A DNA stretch of 64,000 nucleotides from an uncultured Gammaproteobacteria bacterium (GTDB taxonomy: Bacteria > Patescibacteriota > Microgenomatia > Levybacterales > UBA12049): the NCBI GenBank assembly GCA_964571255.1, contig CAZNAA010000001.1, positions 359,674 through 423,673 on the forward strand, written 5' to 3'. The notes under the pieces are model-generated. The model saw only the letters and a program-made list of their open reading frames with translations. It did no database searches and was not told the DNA's origin. A program made the translations under genes and the position numbers. Each line of letters begins with the position of its first letter. The stretch's first letter is position 1. Shown here piece by piece: positions 1-9,913 of the stretch.

Positions 1-1491
1 ATTCGCGAGAAAGGGAAGAATGTAGAGAAAAAACTTTCTGAGAGAGTAGGAAAAAGACAAAAATTAACTCACAACCAAATGATTGCTCTAACCGTCTGGG
101 GACAAAAATTGGAAAAACACTACTTCTTCCCACAAGATATTGAATGGGCAATTGCAGGAAGTGAGATTTATATTGTTCAAACAAGAGCAATAACAACCAC
201 TCATACCAAACAAGCTGCTAAACAAGAAGAAATTCACCTTCCGCTTCTTTTAACTGGTGCTCCGGCCTCTCCTGGAATTTCGAGTGGCCCAGTTCGAATT
301 CTTAAGAGTGCTCATGATATGGGAAAAGTAAAACCCGGAGACGTTCTTGTTGCTCCACAAACTAATCCAGATTACGTTCCAGCCATGAAAAAAGCTGCAG
401 CTATTGTAACGGAAAAAGGAGGAAGAACCTCACATGCTGCTATTGTGTCTCGCGAACTAGGAACTCCTGCTGTTGTTGGAGCCGAAAACGCTACAAGAAC
501 TCTCAAAGAAGATATGATTGTAACGGTTAATGGAACAACTGGTGAAATTTATAAGGGAGGATTTACTACTTCTCACTCTATAGACTCAGAAGTTCATCCA
601 AATATCAAAACAGCTACCAAAGTGTATGTAAATCTGGCTGAGCCTGAACTTGCCGAGAAAATTGGCAAAAGACACGTTGATGGAATAGGGCTTTTGCGAG
701 CTGAGTTTATGATGGCTGGAATTGGAACTCATCCAAAAAAACTTATTCATGACGGGAAACGTCATGTCTTTATTAATACTCTTGCCGACCAGCTTGAGCA
801 GTTCTGCAAAGCTTTTTATCCTCGTCCAGTCGTGTATCGTGCATCTGATTTTAAAACCAATGAATATCGAAATCTCATTGGAGGTAAGGCATATGAACCA
901 GTGGAGTCAAACCCTATGCTTGGATATCGAGGAGCATTTCGCTATATCCATGATCCTCAAGTATTTGAGTTAGAGCTTGAAGCCATTAAAAAAGTTCGTA
1001 ATCAAAAGAATTTAAAAAATCTGTGGATGATGGTTCCCTTTGTTCGAAATGTCTCAGAGCTTAAGGAGGTAAAGCGAATTATTACTAAATCCGGTCTTGT
1101 TCGCTCCCCTCTTTTCAAATTATGGATGATGGTTGAGATCCCTTCAAACGTTATCTTACTGGAAGAGTTTCTAAAGGTCGGGATTGATGGGATTTCTATT
1201 GGCTCAAATGATTTAACTATGCTTATTTTAGGAACTGATCGAGATAATAGTGAAGTAGCCAGAGAATTTGATGAAAGAAACCCAGCAGTTCTCTGGGCAC
1301 TGGAGCATGCAATTAAAACAGCCAGAAAACATGGCGCTACAGCTTCTATCTGTGGCCAAGCACCATCTCTTTATCCTGATCTTTTAGAAAAACTAGTTAA
1401 ATGGGGAGTAACAAGTGTCTCTGTTTCTCCTGATGTGATTGATTCGACTCGAGAGACTATTGCCAAAATAGAAAAGAACATGTTACGATAA
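1..1491 (+). CDS. ppsA: PEP-utilizing enzyme (phosphoenolpyruvate synthase-like), 3' portion; the 5' end lies upstream of the window
   Basis: The reading frame is open from base 1. The phospho-His mobile-domain motif GGRTSHAAIVSRELGTPAVVG is present. The C-terminal PEP-binding TIM-barrel carries the DGISIGSNDLT motif. Confidence 0.8.
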   Translation: MREKGKNVEKKLSERVGKRQKLTHNQMIALTVWGQKLEKHYFFPQDIEWAIAGSEIYIVQTRAITTTHTKQAAKQEEIHLPLLLTGAPASPGISSGPVRILKSAHDMGKVKPGDVLVAPQTNPDYVPAMKKAAAIVTEKGGRTSHAAIVSRELGTPAVVGAENATRTLKEDMIVTVNGTTGEIYKGGFTTSHSIDSEVHPNIKTATKVYVNLAEPELAEKIGKRHVDGIGLLRAEFMMAGIGTHPKKLIHDGKRHVFINTLADQLEQFCKAFYPRPVVYRASDFKTNEYRNLIGGKAYEPVESNPMLGYRGAFRYIHDPQVFELELEAIKKVRNQKNLKNLWMMVPFVRNVSELKEVKRIITKSGLVRSPLFKLWMMVEIPSNVILLEEFLKVGIDGISIGSNDLTMLILGTDRDNSEVAREFDERNPAVLWALEHAIKTARKHGATASICGQAPSLYPDLLEKLVKWGVTSVSVSPDVIDSTRETIAKIEKNMLR

Positions 1492-1498
1492 GCCCGTT

Positions 1499-2761
1499 AT
1501 GCCTACAATCTCCCAAATTACCGCATCAGAAATTATTAACTCCAAAGGCAACCCAACCTTAAAAGTAACAGTTATCACAAATGAAGGTATTGAAGGCATT
1601 GCTAGTTGTCCAAGTGGAACCTCAACCGGAACATATGAAGCCTATGAACTAAAAGATAATGACCCAAATCGATTTTCAGGAGGAGGGATGCTAAAAGCAA
1701 TTGCAAATATTGATACTATTATTGCTCCAGCTCTTTTGGGGATGGATATCACCCAACAAGCTCAAATTGATCAGAAAATGATTGAACTTGATGGAACAAG
1801 TAATAAGATGACTCTTGGAGCCAATGCCATTTTGTCTGTTTCTATGGCAGTGTCCCGTGCAGCAGCAGCTACTGCTCGAATTCCTTTATATCTCTACCTT
1901 CGCCAATTTATTAACAGTGAGAACACCGTTTTGAAAGTCCCTACTCCCCTTTTTAATATCATCAATGGTGGAGCCCACGCTGGAGACAATATCGATATGC
2001 AAGAATTTATCGTTACTCCAGCAAGTTTTAAGTCATACTCAGAAGGCCTCCTTATGGGAGTAACCGTATATAAAAGACTAAGTGAGCTCTTGCAAAAAAA
2101 TGGTGCTCTCACTCTAGTTGGTGACGAAGGAGGATTTGCTCCTGCTCTTCGAAGTAATGAAGAGGCACTCCAAACAGTTGCTAAGGCAATTGAGCTTTCC
2201 TCATATAGATTAGGCTATGATGTTTTTTGCGGAATTGATGCAGCAGCAAATCATTTTTTTGACGGAAAAAAATATAAACTCATGGATAAAGCAACTCCTG
2301 TAACGGGAGGAGAGTTGGCTGAGATCTATAAAGACCTTATTAAAAAATACCATATCGTCTATTTAGAAGATATGTTTGGCGAGGACGATTGGGAAAGTTG
2401 GAATATTTTATATGCGGGAGCAGATCAAGAAACCATTTTAACAGGAGATGACTTGACTGTTACAAATCCTTTAAGACTGCAACTTGCTCTGGACAAAAAC
2501 ACCATTAGGGGCATTATTATTAAACCTAACCAAATTGGAAGCGTGAGTGAATCGATTGCGGTTATCGAAATGGCAAGAGAGGCTGGAATTAAAGTCATTG
2601 TGTCTCATAGAAGTGGAGAAACAAATGATGACTTTATTGCTGATTTTGCTGTAGCCATGTCTGCTGATTACGTGAAATTTGGTGCTCCAGCACGAGGAGA
2701 ACGAGTCGCTAAATATAATCGATTACTTGAAATTGAACAACAGATACAAACGGTCCAATAA
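1499..2761 (+). CDS. eno: enolase (phosphopyruvate hydratase)
   Basis: The 420-aa product has the SHRSGETEDTFIAD-like motif (SHRSGETNDDFIADFAVA). It matches enolase along its full length. Confidence 0.95.
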   Translation: MPTISQITASEIINSKGNPTLKVTVITNEGIEGIASCPSGTSTGTYEAYELKDNDPNRFSGGGMLKAIANIDTIIAPALLGMDITQQAQIDQKMIELDGTSNKMTLGANAILSVSMAVSRAAAATARIPLYLYLRQFINSENTVLKVPTPLFNIINGGAHAGDNIDMQEFIVTPASFKSYSEGLLMGVTVYKRLSELLQKNGALTLVGDEGGFAPALRSNEEALQTVAKAIELSSYRLGYDVFCGIDAAANHFFDGKKYKLMDKATPVTGGELAEIYKDLIKKYHIVYLEDMFGEDDWESWNILYAGADQETILTGDDLTVTNPLRLQLALDKNTIRGIIIKPNQIGSVSESIAVIEMAREAGIKVIVSHRSGETNDDFIADFAVAMSADYVKFGAPARGERVAKYNRLLEIEQQIQTVQ

Positions 2762-2764
2762 TTC

Positions 2765-4279
2765 ATGTCAAACCTTGCAGTTCCTCAAGTTCTTCTCATT
2801 ATTTTAGATGGATGGGGATATCGAGAAGATTCCACCTACAACGCCATTGCGGCAGCTAACCCTGTCTTTTATAACTCCCTCTGGAATACCTACCCCCATA
2901 CGCTTCTTCCTGCCAGCGGGACACAGGTTGGACTCCCTGATAAGAATATCGGAACGAGTGAAATTGGACATACCATTATTGGGTGTGGAACAATTATTGA
3001 TACCGACATGGTTCGTATTAGTAAAGCATTTGAAACAGGTGAAGTAAAAAATAACCCTGCCTTTCACACCTTAATTGAGCATTTAAAAAAGTACGAAGGA
3101 ACCCTTCACCTTTTAGGATTAGTTAGTCCAGGTGGAGTTCACAGTCATCAAGATCACCTGCATCAACTTCTTCTTATTGCAAAACAAGAAGAAATAAAAA
3201 AAGTGGTAATTCATATCTTTACAGATGGACGAGACACTCCTCCCCAAAGTGCTAAAGAATATGTATCTCATGTAGAAGAACAAATAAAACTTATTGGACT
3301 TGGAGAGATTGTAAGTATTTCTGGAAGATATTATGCAATGGATCGGGATAATAATCTGGATCGAATTAAAAAAACAGAAAAAATTCTTTTTGAAGGAGGG
3401 AATCCTCCCTATCCCAAAACCATTCAGGAAGCTATTGATCTTTCCTATAAAGCAGGAATAACTGATGAATTTATCCTCCCAACCAATATTTCCCCTGATG
3501 GAAAAACTCCAACTGTTATTAAAAGCCATGACGGAGTTCTTTTTTTCAACTTTCGTCCGGATAGGGCTAGGGAATTAAGTAAGCAAATAGCCAAAAGAGC
3601 ACCAGATGCTAATTTGTGCTTTGTCACTATGACTCAGTATGATCCCAAAATTGGCAGTGTCGTTTTTTTCCCTCCTCCGGAAATTAAAACGACCCTCTCC
3701 CAAGCACTATCCGATGCTGGAAGAACCCAAGTACATATTGCTGAAACAGAAAAATACGCTCACGTTACGTACTTTTTAAATGGTGGGATTGAAAAAGAAC
3801 ACCCTCATGAAAAATTTGTCTTGATTGAAAGTAGAAAAGATATTCCAACACACGATTTAGCACCTGAGATGAAAGCGAAAGAAATTGCAGAGAGAACACT
3901 TCAAGCAATTGATGAAGGAGTTGATTTTATTGCCATCAACTTAGCAAATGCTGATATGGTAGGACACACCGGTAAATGGGAACCAACGATTAAAGCAATT
4001 CATACCATTGATTTACAACTTGAACGAATCATTACTCCGCTTCTCAAGCGTGGAGGAATTGCCGTTATTACTGCCGATCATGGAAATGCTGAGTTAATGT
4101 TTGATGAGACAACCCATCAACCTGTTACGTCCCACACCCTTAACCCAGTTCCTCTTATCATTACTAAAGAAGGAATTTCTCTACGGGAAAATGGAACCCT
4201 TGCTGATATTGCACCAACAATATTAAAATTATTCAATGTAGAAAAACCTTTTGGAATGACAGGAGAGTCACTATTTTAG
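2765..4279 (+). CDS. gpmI: 2,3-bisphosphoglycerate-independent phosphoglycerate mutase
   Basis: The 504-aa product has the iPGM N-terminus LLIILDGWGYRE. The metalloenzyme core ADHGNAE is present. Confidence 0.95.
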   Translation: MSNLAVPQVLLIILDGWGYREDSTYNAIAAANPVFYNSLWNTYPHTLLPASGTQVGLPDKNIGTSEIGHTIIGCGTIIDTDMVRISKAFETGEVKNNPAFHTLIEHLKKYEGTLHLLGLVSPGGVHSHQDHLHQLLLIAKQEEIKKVVIHIFTDGRDTPPQSAKEYVSHVEEQIKLIGLGEIVSISGRYYAMDRDNNLDRIKKTEKILFEGGNPPYPKTIQEAIDLSYKAGITDEFILPTNISPDGKTPTVIKSHDGVLFFNFRPDRARELSKQIAKRAPDANLCFVTMTQYDPKIGSVVFFPPPEIKTTLSQALSDAGRTQVHIAETEKYAHVTYFLNGGIEKEHPHEKFVLIESRKDIPTHDLAPEMKAKEIAERTLQAIDEGVDFIAINLANADMVGHTGKWEPTIKAIHTIDLQLERIITPLLKRGGIAVITADHGNAELMFDETTHQPVTSHTLNPVPLIITKEGISLRENGTLADIAPTILKLFNVEKPFGMTGESLF

Positions 4280-4576
4280 ATTTTGAAGCCACCTCTGTTT
4301 TATAAGAGAAATAGAAAGCGTTGATAAGCTATAGCCAATAACAGGAATAATAGCGTTAAGAAAAGGATTTTCATTTCCCAACATAAAAAGCACCAACGAA
4401 ATGAAAAGATACGTAGTACAAGCTATTGAAACTTTTCGTGTCCTGCTTGTCTCCCAGGCTTTCTCTTTTTCAACCTTTTGATTTCTTATTTTAATTTCCT
4501 CAATCTCTTTTTCTAACTTTTTAACTAGCTCTTCCATAAAGATAGTATACAAAATACCTATTCTTTGGTAAATCAC
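4271..4576 (-). CDS. hypothetical small membrane protein
   Basis: The 101-aa ORF has a hydrophobic C-terminal half. It is divergent from the ABC transporter and has no recognisable domain. Confidence 0.3.
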   Translation of the reverse strand: MIYQRIGILYTIFMEELVKKLEKEIEEIKIRNQKVEKEKAWETSRTRKVSIACTTYLFISLVLFMLGNENPFLNAIIPVIGYSLSTLSISLIKQRWLQNLK

Positions 4577-4589
4577 GTATAATAATAAG

Positions 4590-5516
4590 ATGGATACAGT
4601 ATTGGATGTTTCTCATTTAGTAAAACGGTACGGGACATATACAGCAGTTGATGATATTTCCTTTTCTGTACCTCGTGGAAAAATTATTGGATTTTTAGGA
4701 CCAAATGGTGCTGGAAAGACGACAACTATTCAGATGCTTATTGGAATTACTCTGGCCGATGGTGGGAAGATTTCTTATTTTGGAAAAGATTACCAAACTC
4801 ATAAAACCGCTATTTTACAACGAATGAATTTCACTTCTTCATTTAATAATCTCCAAAATAGATTAACTGCATATCAAAATCTTTTAGTCTTTGCCAATCT
4901 GTATAGTCTAGCTGATCCAAAAAAGAAAATAAAAGAACTCTCAGATTATTTCTCTCTTGATCCTTTCATGGATACACAGTATATGAATTTATCAGCAGGA
5001 CAGAAAACAAGAGTGAATATTGTAAAATCACTCCTTAATGATCCCGAACTTGTTCTGATGGATGAACCAACTGCCTCTTTAGACCCTGATGTTGCAGATA
5101 AAACGCTTTCTCTTATTGAGGAGTTAAATAAAACAAAGGGTCTCTCTATTTTGTATACAAGTCATGAGATGGATGAGGTAACTCGAATATGTGATGAAGT
5201 AATTTTTTTGAATAAAGGAAAAATTGTAGCACAGGATACTCCGCTTGGACTAACTAAGCAATTCAAATCAGTTGAACTCATTCTCACTGCTGATGCTCCT
5301 AAGAAAGAATTGACTGAGTTCTTAGAAAAAAGAAAACTTTCCTATACATTTTTAAATGCTCATTCTTTTTCTGTTCAAACAACTGAGAAAGATATTCCTC
5401 AAATTATTTATGATATGACTCATGTTGGAATCAGTCTTACTGATATCGATGTAAAAAAACCTACGCTTGAGGACTTTTTTCTTCAGCTTGCGAGAGGAGA
5501 AACCAATGAGAAATAG
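4590..5516 (+). CDS. ABC transporter ATP-binding protein
   Basis: Walker A (GPNGAGKTT) is present. The ABC signature LSAGQK is present. Walker B (LVLMDEPTASLD) is present. Confidence 0.9.
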   Translation: MDTVLDVSHLVKRYGTYTAVDDISFSVPRGKIIGFLGPNGAGKTTTIQMLIGITLADGGKISYFGKDYQTHKTAILQRMNFTSSFNNLQNRLTAYQNLLVFANLYSLADPKKKIKELSDYFSLDPFMDTQYMNLSAGQKTRVNIVKSLLNDPELVLMDEPTASLDPDVADKTLSLIEELNKTKGLSILYTSHEMDEVTRICDEVIFLNKGKIVAQDTPLGLTKQFKSVELILTADAPKKELTEFLEKRKLSYTFLNAHSFSVQTTEKDIPQIIYDMTHVGISLTDIDVKKPTLEDFFLQLARGETNEK

Positions 5517-6291
5517 ATTCTATGCCATTATTCTTCAGGAAGTATATATCCTCAAAAATTCTTTAGAGACAATTTTTGATATTTTTCTTCTTCCAACAAT
5601 TAATGTCGTCATTTTTGGATATCTATCCTTGTACTTAACTGGCTCGAATAACCAAGCTGCCATCTTTTTACTCTCTGGAATGTTATTATGGCAAATCGTT
5701 TTTATCACTCAATACTCCATTAGTATTGGATCTCTTTGGAACATTTGGTCAAGAAATATGAGTAATATTTTCATGACACCTATCTCAGTTAGAGAATATT
5801 TTACAGCTCTTATTTTCTCCTCACTTATCAAAGCCTTCCTTTTATTCACTCTTCTTTCATTAATGAGTATTCTATTCTTTTCTTATAATATTCTGACTTC
5901 TCTAACTCCTTTAGTGTTACTCATTACGTTTATTAACTTATGTATGTCAGGAATTTCTTTAGGAATACTTATGGTGGGACTCATTTTTCGCTATGGTACA
6001 AAAATTCAAGCGTTAGCATGGGGACTCATTTTTCTATTTCAACCATTCACTGCAAATCTTTTTCCCGTATCCATTCTTCCCTCTCCTATAAAAGAATTAG
6101 CCTTCCTTCTTCCTCCAACTTATATTTTTGAAAATTCTCGTCAGGTAATCTCTACGGGACAAATAAATTGGAATTTAATTGGCTATGCTAGCCTATTGAA
6201 TCTTGTTTACCTCATTATCAGTTTTGTCTCTTTTGCTTACAACTTTAAAAAAGCGAAACAAACTGGTCAATTTGCGAGAAACGAAAGTTAG
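5506..6291 (+). CDS. ABC-2 type transporter permease
   Basis: This is a six-TM-like hydrophobic protein lying immediately downstream of the ATPase. Its ATG at 5506 overlaps the ATPase stop. The ORF track starts it at 5467 in the same frame. Confidence 0.75.
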   Translation: MRNRFYAIILQEVYILKNSLETIFDIFLLPTINVVIFGYLSLYLTGSNNQAAIFLLSGMLLWQIVFITQYSISIGSLWNIWSRNMSNIFMTPISVREYFTALIFSSLIKAFLLFTLLSLMSILFFSYNILTSLTPLVLLITFINLCMSGISLGILMVGLIFRYGTKIQALAWGLIFLFQPFTANLFPVSILPSPIKELAFLLPPTYIFENSRQVISTGQINWNLIGYASLLNLVYLIISFVSFAYNFKKAKQTGQFARNES

Positions 6292-7010
6292 GCAAGGTGG
6301 AAAAGGAGAACGAATTCGCCTCGAGGTGGAGCTTTTTTATAGTCGTTAATATGCTGAGATACTCTCGCCTTTTTTGTTTCTTCATGTATTTTAGTTAACT
6401 CTCTAGCTAAAACCACTTCAATATCCCCAAACACTTCATACATTTCCTCAAGAGTTTTGAGCAACTTGTGAGGAGCTTCAAAAAAAATTGCAGTTACTTT
6501 TATTGAATCTGGAGTAGTTTTTAGTTGTTGGAATAATTTTTTTCGATGTCCGCTTTTTGCTGGTGGGTACCCTAAGAACATAAACTTATCCGTTGGTAAT
6601 CCGCTGGATACTAAAGCGGTAACAACTGAAGTTGGTCCTGGAATTACTTCAACAGGAATATCTTGAAGTCGTGCTTGTCTAATAAGTTTAAATCCAGGAT
6701 CTGAGATTGCAGGCATTCCAGCATCAGAAATGAGTGCAATATCTTGTCCATTAATAAGAAGAGAAAGAATCTCTGGGATTCGTCTCAGCTCATTTTGTTC
6801 AAAATAAGAGAGAAACTTTGGTTTCTTGAGAGCTCTATCTTCAGAGTAAACAAATTGCTTGTAGTGTTTTTCAAGTTCTTGCAGCAAAATTCCTGTTCGT
6901 CTTGTGTCTTCACAAGCAATCGTATCCACATGAAAAAGAGTAGTGAGTGCTCTGATAGTGATATCCTGCAAATTTCCAATTGGTGTTCCAACAATGTATA
7001 AAATTCCCAT
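6288..7010 (-). CDS. rsmI: 16S rRNA (cytidine1402-2'-O)-methyltransferase RsmI (tetrapyrrole methylase fold)
   Basis: The N-terminus reads GILYIVGTPIGNLQDITIRAL...ACEDTRRTGILL. This is typical of RsmI. Confidence 0.85.
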   Translation of the reverse strand: MGILYIVGTPIGNLQDITIRALTTLFHVDTIACEDTRRTGILLQELEKHYKQFVYSEDRALKKPKFLSYFEQNELRRIPEILSLLINGQDIALISDAGMPAISDPGFKLIRQARLQDIPVEVIPGPTSVVTALVSSGLPTDKFMFLGYPPAKSGHRKKLFQQLKTTPDSIKVTAIFFEAPHKLLKTLEEMYEVFGDIEVVLARELTKIHEETKKARVSQHINDYKKAPPRGEFVLLFHLA

Positions 7011-7125
7011 GACCTATTGTATCATGTCGAGGCATGTCTTACCTTTTTACAGAGAAAAAGTCATTCTTGTCGAAAAAATGAAGAATTTCTAGGAGGAATA
7101 AGGAAATCTATTCAAAAAAAGAGAG

Positions 7126-7752
7126 TTAGAATCGTCTGACAAGTCCTACTGCTTTTCCTTGAATTTTGACCGTAGTTGGATAAATAGGATCCATCTTAGC
7201 ATTTGCGGGTCTAAGAATTACTTGTTCTCCCTCTTTATAAAACTTTTTTAAAGTTGCCAAGTTGTCATCAACAAGCGCAACTACAATATCTCCATTTCTT
7301 ACTTCAGGAACACGTTCAATAACAACGTAATCTCCGTCCATAATACCATCCTCAATCATTGATTCTCCCTTTACCTGAAGGACGTATGCTGTATGTTTTC
7401 CTGAGAGTAATGAGGCCGAAACTTGGAAAGTTGCATTCGAATCCGCATGAGCTTCTAATGGTTTTCCTGCTGCAATAAAGCCCATAAAAGGAATCTCCAC
7501 AGAGGAACTCACTCCCATCATAGGTTTTATAGCAGCATTATCTATGATTTTTAGTATTCGAGTATTGCCTTCATGTTTTTGCAAGTACCCTTTATCAACT
7601 AAGTTTCTGACAATAACATGGACAGTAGACACACTTCTATGCCCTGTCCCTTCAGCCATTTCTTTAAGAGTTGGTGAATACCCGTACACATTCTGCCAAT
7701 GTGCAATAAATTCGAGTAATTCTCTTTCTTTTCGATATAATACGCCAGCCAT
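7126..7752 (-). CDS. lexA: LexA repressor (S24 peptidase); the start is revised to the internal Met
   Basis: The N-terminal winged helix reads MAGVLYRKERELLEFI. The C-terminal S24 domain carries the GESM...GDIVVA motifs. The ORF-track start at 7815 would place a -35 box and the operator inside the coding sequence. Confidence 0.85.
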   Translation of the reverse strand: MAGVLYRKERELLEFIAHWQNVYGYSPTLKEMAEGTGHRSVSTVHVIVRNLVDKGYLQKHEGNTRILKIIDNAAIKPMMGVSSSVEIPFMGFIAAGKPLEAHADSNATFQVSASLLSGKHTAYVLQVKGESMIEDGIMDGDYVVIERVPEVRNGDIVVALVDDNLATLKKFYKEGEQVILRPANAKMDPIYPTTVKIQGKAVGLVRRF

Positions 7753-7786
7753 TTGGTTTTTATTGATCTTCCTGAGATCTATATAA

Positions 7787-7815
7787 AATATACGAGTTTC
7801 GTATATTTTTGTCAA
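7787..7815 (-). promoter_or_regulatory. Candidate sigma70-like lexA promoter (TTGACA-17-TATATT, read on the minus strand)
   Basis: TTGACA is the complement of 7810-7815. TATATT is the complement of 7787-7792. The spacer is 17 nt. The revised lexA start lies about 35 nt downstream. Confidence 0.45.
7789..7805. promoter_or_regulatory. Perfect 17-bp palindrome TATACGA-GTT-TCGTATA; candidate LexA (SOS) operator
   Basis: It lies between divergent lexA and uvrB. It overlaps the -10 box and spacer of the putative lexA promoter. This is the classic autoregulation geometry. Confidence 0.4.
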
Positions 7816-7912
7816 CTAGCTACTTCTATATCAAATTATATTAAAATTCACCCAATTTTAGAATTGAAACTGGGATTATTAGAGAAAAAGGAATATATGG
7901 TAGAATAGATCG

Positions 7913-9913
7913 ATGGATTTTAAACTAAAATCAAATTTTAAACCTACTGGAGATCAACCCCAAGCAATTGAGAAACTCACAAAAAACATTCAAAAAGGAA
8001 TTGAAAACCAAGTTCTTCTGGGAGTCACGGGCTCTGGAAAAACGTTTACCATGGCTAATGTTATCCAAAATATCCAAAAACCAACTCTCGTTATTTCTCA
8101 TAATAAAACCCTTGCTGGACAACTCTACCAAGAATTTCGAGACTTTTTCCCAGAGAATGCCGTTTCCTATTTTGTTTCCTACTATGACTACTATCAACCA
8201 GAAGCGTATGTTCCCCAAACGGATACGTATATTGAAAAAGAAGCAGAGATTAATGAGGAAATTGACAGATTAAGACTTTCAGCAACGGCAAATCTTCTCA
8301 CCCGAAAAGATGTGATTGTTGTTGCCTCTGTTTCATGTATCTATAATATTGGCTCTCCTATTGAATATGGAAAATTTGTTCTTGAGCTATTTCCAGGATT
8401 CAAAATTGATATGCGAGATATCCTCGTTAGATTATCTGATTTGCAATATAGTCGAAACGATTATGAGTTTAAAAGAGGCTCATTTAGAGTTCGTGGAGGA
8501 ACGATTGATTTATTTCCTGCCTATATGGAGAACGGGATTCGAATTGAAACCTTGGACGGAAAAGTCCAATCTTTAACAGAATTTAGTCCTCTTTCTGGTC
8601 AAATTATTAACCCTTTGAAGAAAACTACTATTTATCCTGCCAAACACTACATGACAGATCCGGCAACATACAAGAATGCCTTTGAGCACATCAACTCTGA
8701 TATGGACAAACAAGTTACTCTTCTAAAAAGCCAAGGGAAACTTCTTGAAGCGCAGCGTCTCACCCAGAGAACTCATTATGATTTGGAAATGATAAAAGAA
8801 GTAGGATATGTCAATGGAATTGAGAACTATTCCATTTATTTTGAAGATAGAAAACCTGGAGAGCCTCCTTATACCCTTCTTGAATACTTTAATCATATCT
8901 CAAAAGATTGGCTTTTGGTCGTTGACGAATCCCATATCACCATTCCACAGATTAGAGGCATGTATAACGGAGACCAAGCTCGGAAAAAAACCCTTATTGA
9001 CTATGGCTTCCGTCTCCCTTCAGCTCTTGATAATAGACCACTTCGTTTTGATGAGTTTATGAGAAAAGTAAAACAAGTAACCTATGTAAGTGCAACTCCC
9101 AATGAATACGAAGTCTCTCTTTCTCAACAAAACGAAGATACAATTGTTGAGCAAATCATTCGTCCAACTGGCTTAGTAGATCCAGAAATTATTATTAGAC
9201 CTTCAGAAGGACAAATTCCTGATCTCATGAAGGAAATTGAAATTAGGACTGCTAGAAAAGAACGAGTACTCGTTACTACTCTTACTAAACGAATGTCTGA
9301 GGAATTAACAACGTATCTTGAGGAAAAAGGAATAAAAGTAGCCTACCTTCATTCAGATATTATCACTCTTGATCGCCAGGATGTTTTGGATAAGTTAAGA
9401 CGAGGAGAATTTGACGTAGTAGTAGGAATCAACTTACTCCGAGAAGGATTAGATCTTCCTGAGGTATCATTAGTAGTCATTCTTGATGCTGATAAAGAAG
9501 GTTTTTTGAGATCTCGTTCCTCTCTTATTCAAACCATGGGACGAGCAGCACGCCATGTAGACTCTCAAGTTATTTTGTATGCAGATAGAACGACAAACTC
9601 TATGCAACAAGCCATAGAGGAAGTTGAGAGACGTCGAAAAATTCAATTGGCACATAATAAAAAACATAACATTACCCCAGTCTCCATTGAGAAAGAGGTT
9701 CGAGATCGATTAGTCGAGGAAGATAAACAACAAGAAGAGTTACGAACACTAGATCGACTAGTTGAGCTTGGAACTAAAGAAGTTTTGTTACCCGATGAAA
9801 AAAATGATGTCATGAGAAAGCTGCGAAAAGAAATGAAACTGGCCGCTGAGCGATTAGATTTTGAGGGAGCAATGAGAATTAGAGATCAAATTAAAGTACT
9901 TGAGAAACGTTAA
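7913..9913 (+). CDS. uvrB: excinuclease ABC subunit B
   Basis: The 666-aa product has the Walker A motif GVTGSGKTFT, helicase motifs, and a C-terminal UvrB/UvrC interaction helix. Confidence 0.97.
   Translation: MDFKLKSNFKPTGDQPQAIEKLTKNIQKGIENQVLLGVTGSGKTFTMANVIQNIQKPTLVISHNKTLAGQLYQEFRDFFPENAVSYFVSYYDYYQPEAYVPQTDTYIEKEAEINEEIDRLRLSATANLLTRKDVIVVASVSCIYNIGSPIEYGKFVLELFPGFKIDMRDILVRLSDLQYSRNDYEFKRGSFRVRGGTIDLFPAYMENGIRIETLDGKVQSLTEFSPLSGQIINPLKKTTIYPAKHYMTDPATYKNAFEHINSDMDKQVTLLKSQGKLLEAQRLTQRTHYDLEMIKEVGYVNGIENYSIYFEDRKPGEPPYTLLEYFNHISKDWLLVVDESHITIPQIRGMYNGDQARKKTLIDYGFRLPSALDNRPLRFDEFMRKVKQVTYVSATPNEYEVSLSQQNEDTIVEQIIRPTGLVDPEIIIRPSEGQIPDLMKEIEIRTARKERVLVTTLTKRMSEELTTYLEEKGIKVAYLHSDIITLDRQDVLDKLRRGEFDVVVGINLLREGLDLPEVSLVVILDADKEGFLRSRSSLIQTMGRAARHVDSQVILYADRTTNSMQQAIEEVERRRKIQLAHNKKHNITPVSIEKEVRDRLVEEDKQQEELRTLDRLVELGTKEVLLPDEKNDVMRKLRKEMKLAAERLDFEGAMRIRDQIKVLEKR

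Noticed and set aside
722-973. Numerous short ORFs nested in or antisense to long well-supported genes (722-973, 1894-2112, 2804-3067, 3119-3529, 35667-36092, 36604-37017 and others)
   Set aside because: They lie within strongly supported CDS (pps, eno, gpmI, atpF, atpA and so on). They are AT-rich shadow frames with no independent support.
6292-6360. Intrinsic terminator between the ABC permease and rsmI (CCTCGAGG followed by TTTTTT)
   Set aside because: Only an 8-bp self-complementary site giving a ~3-bp stem. This is too weak to call.
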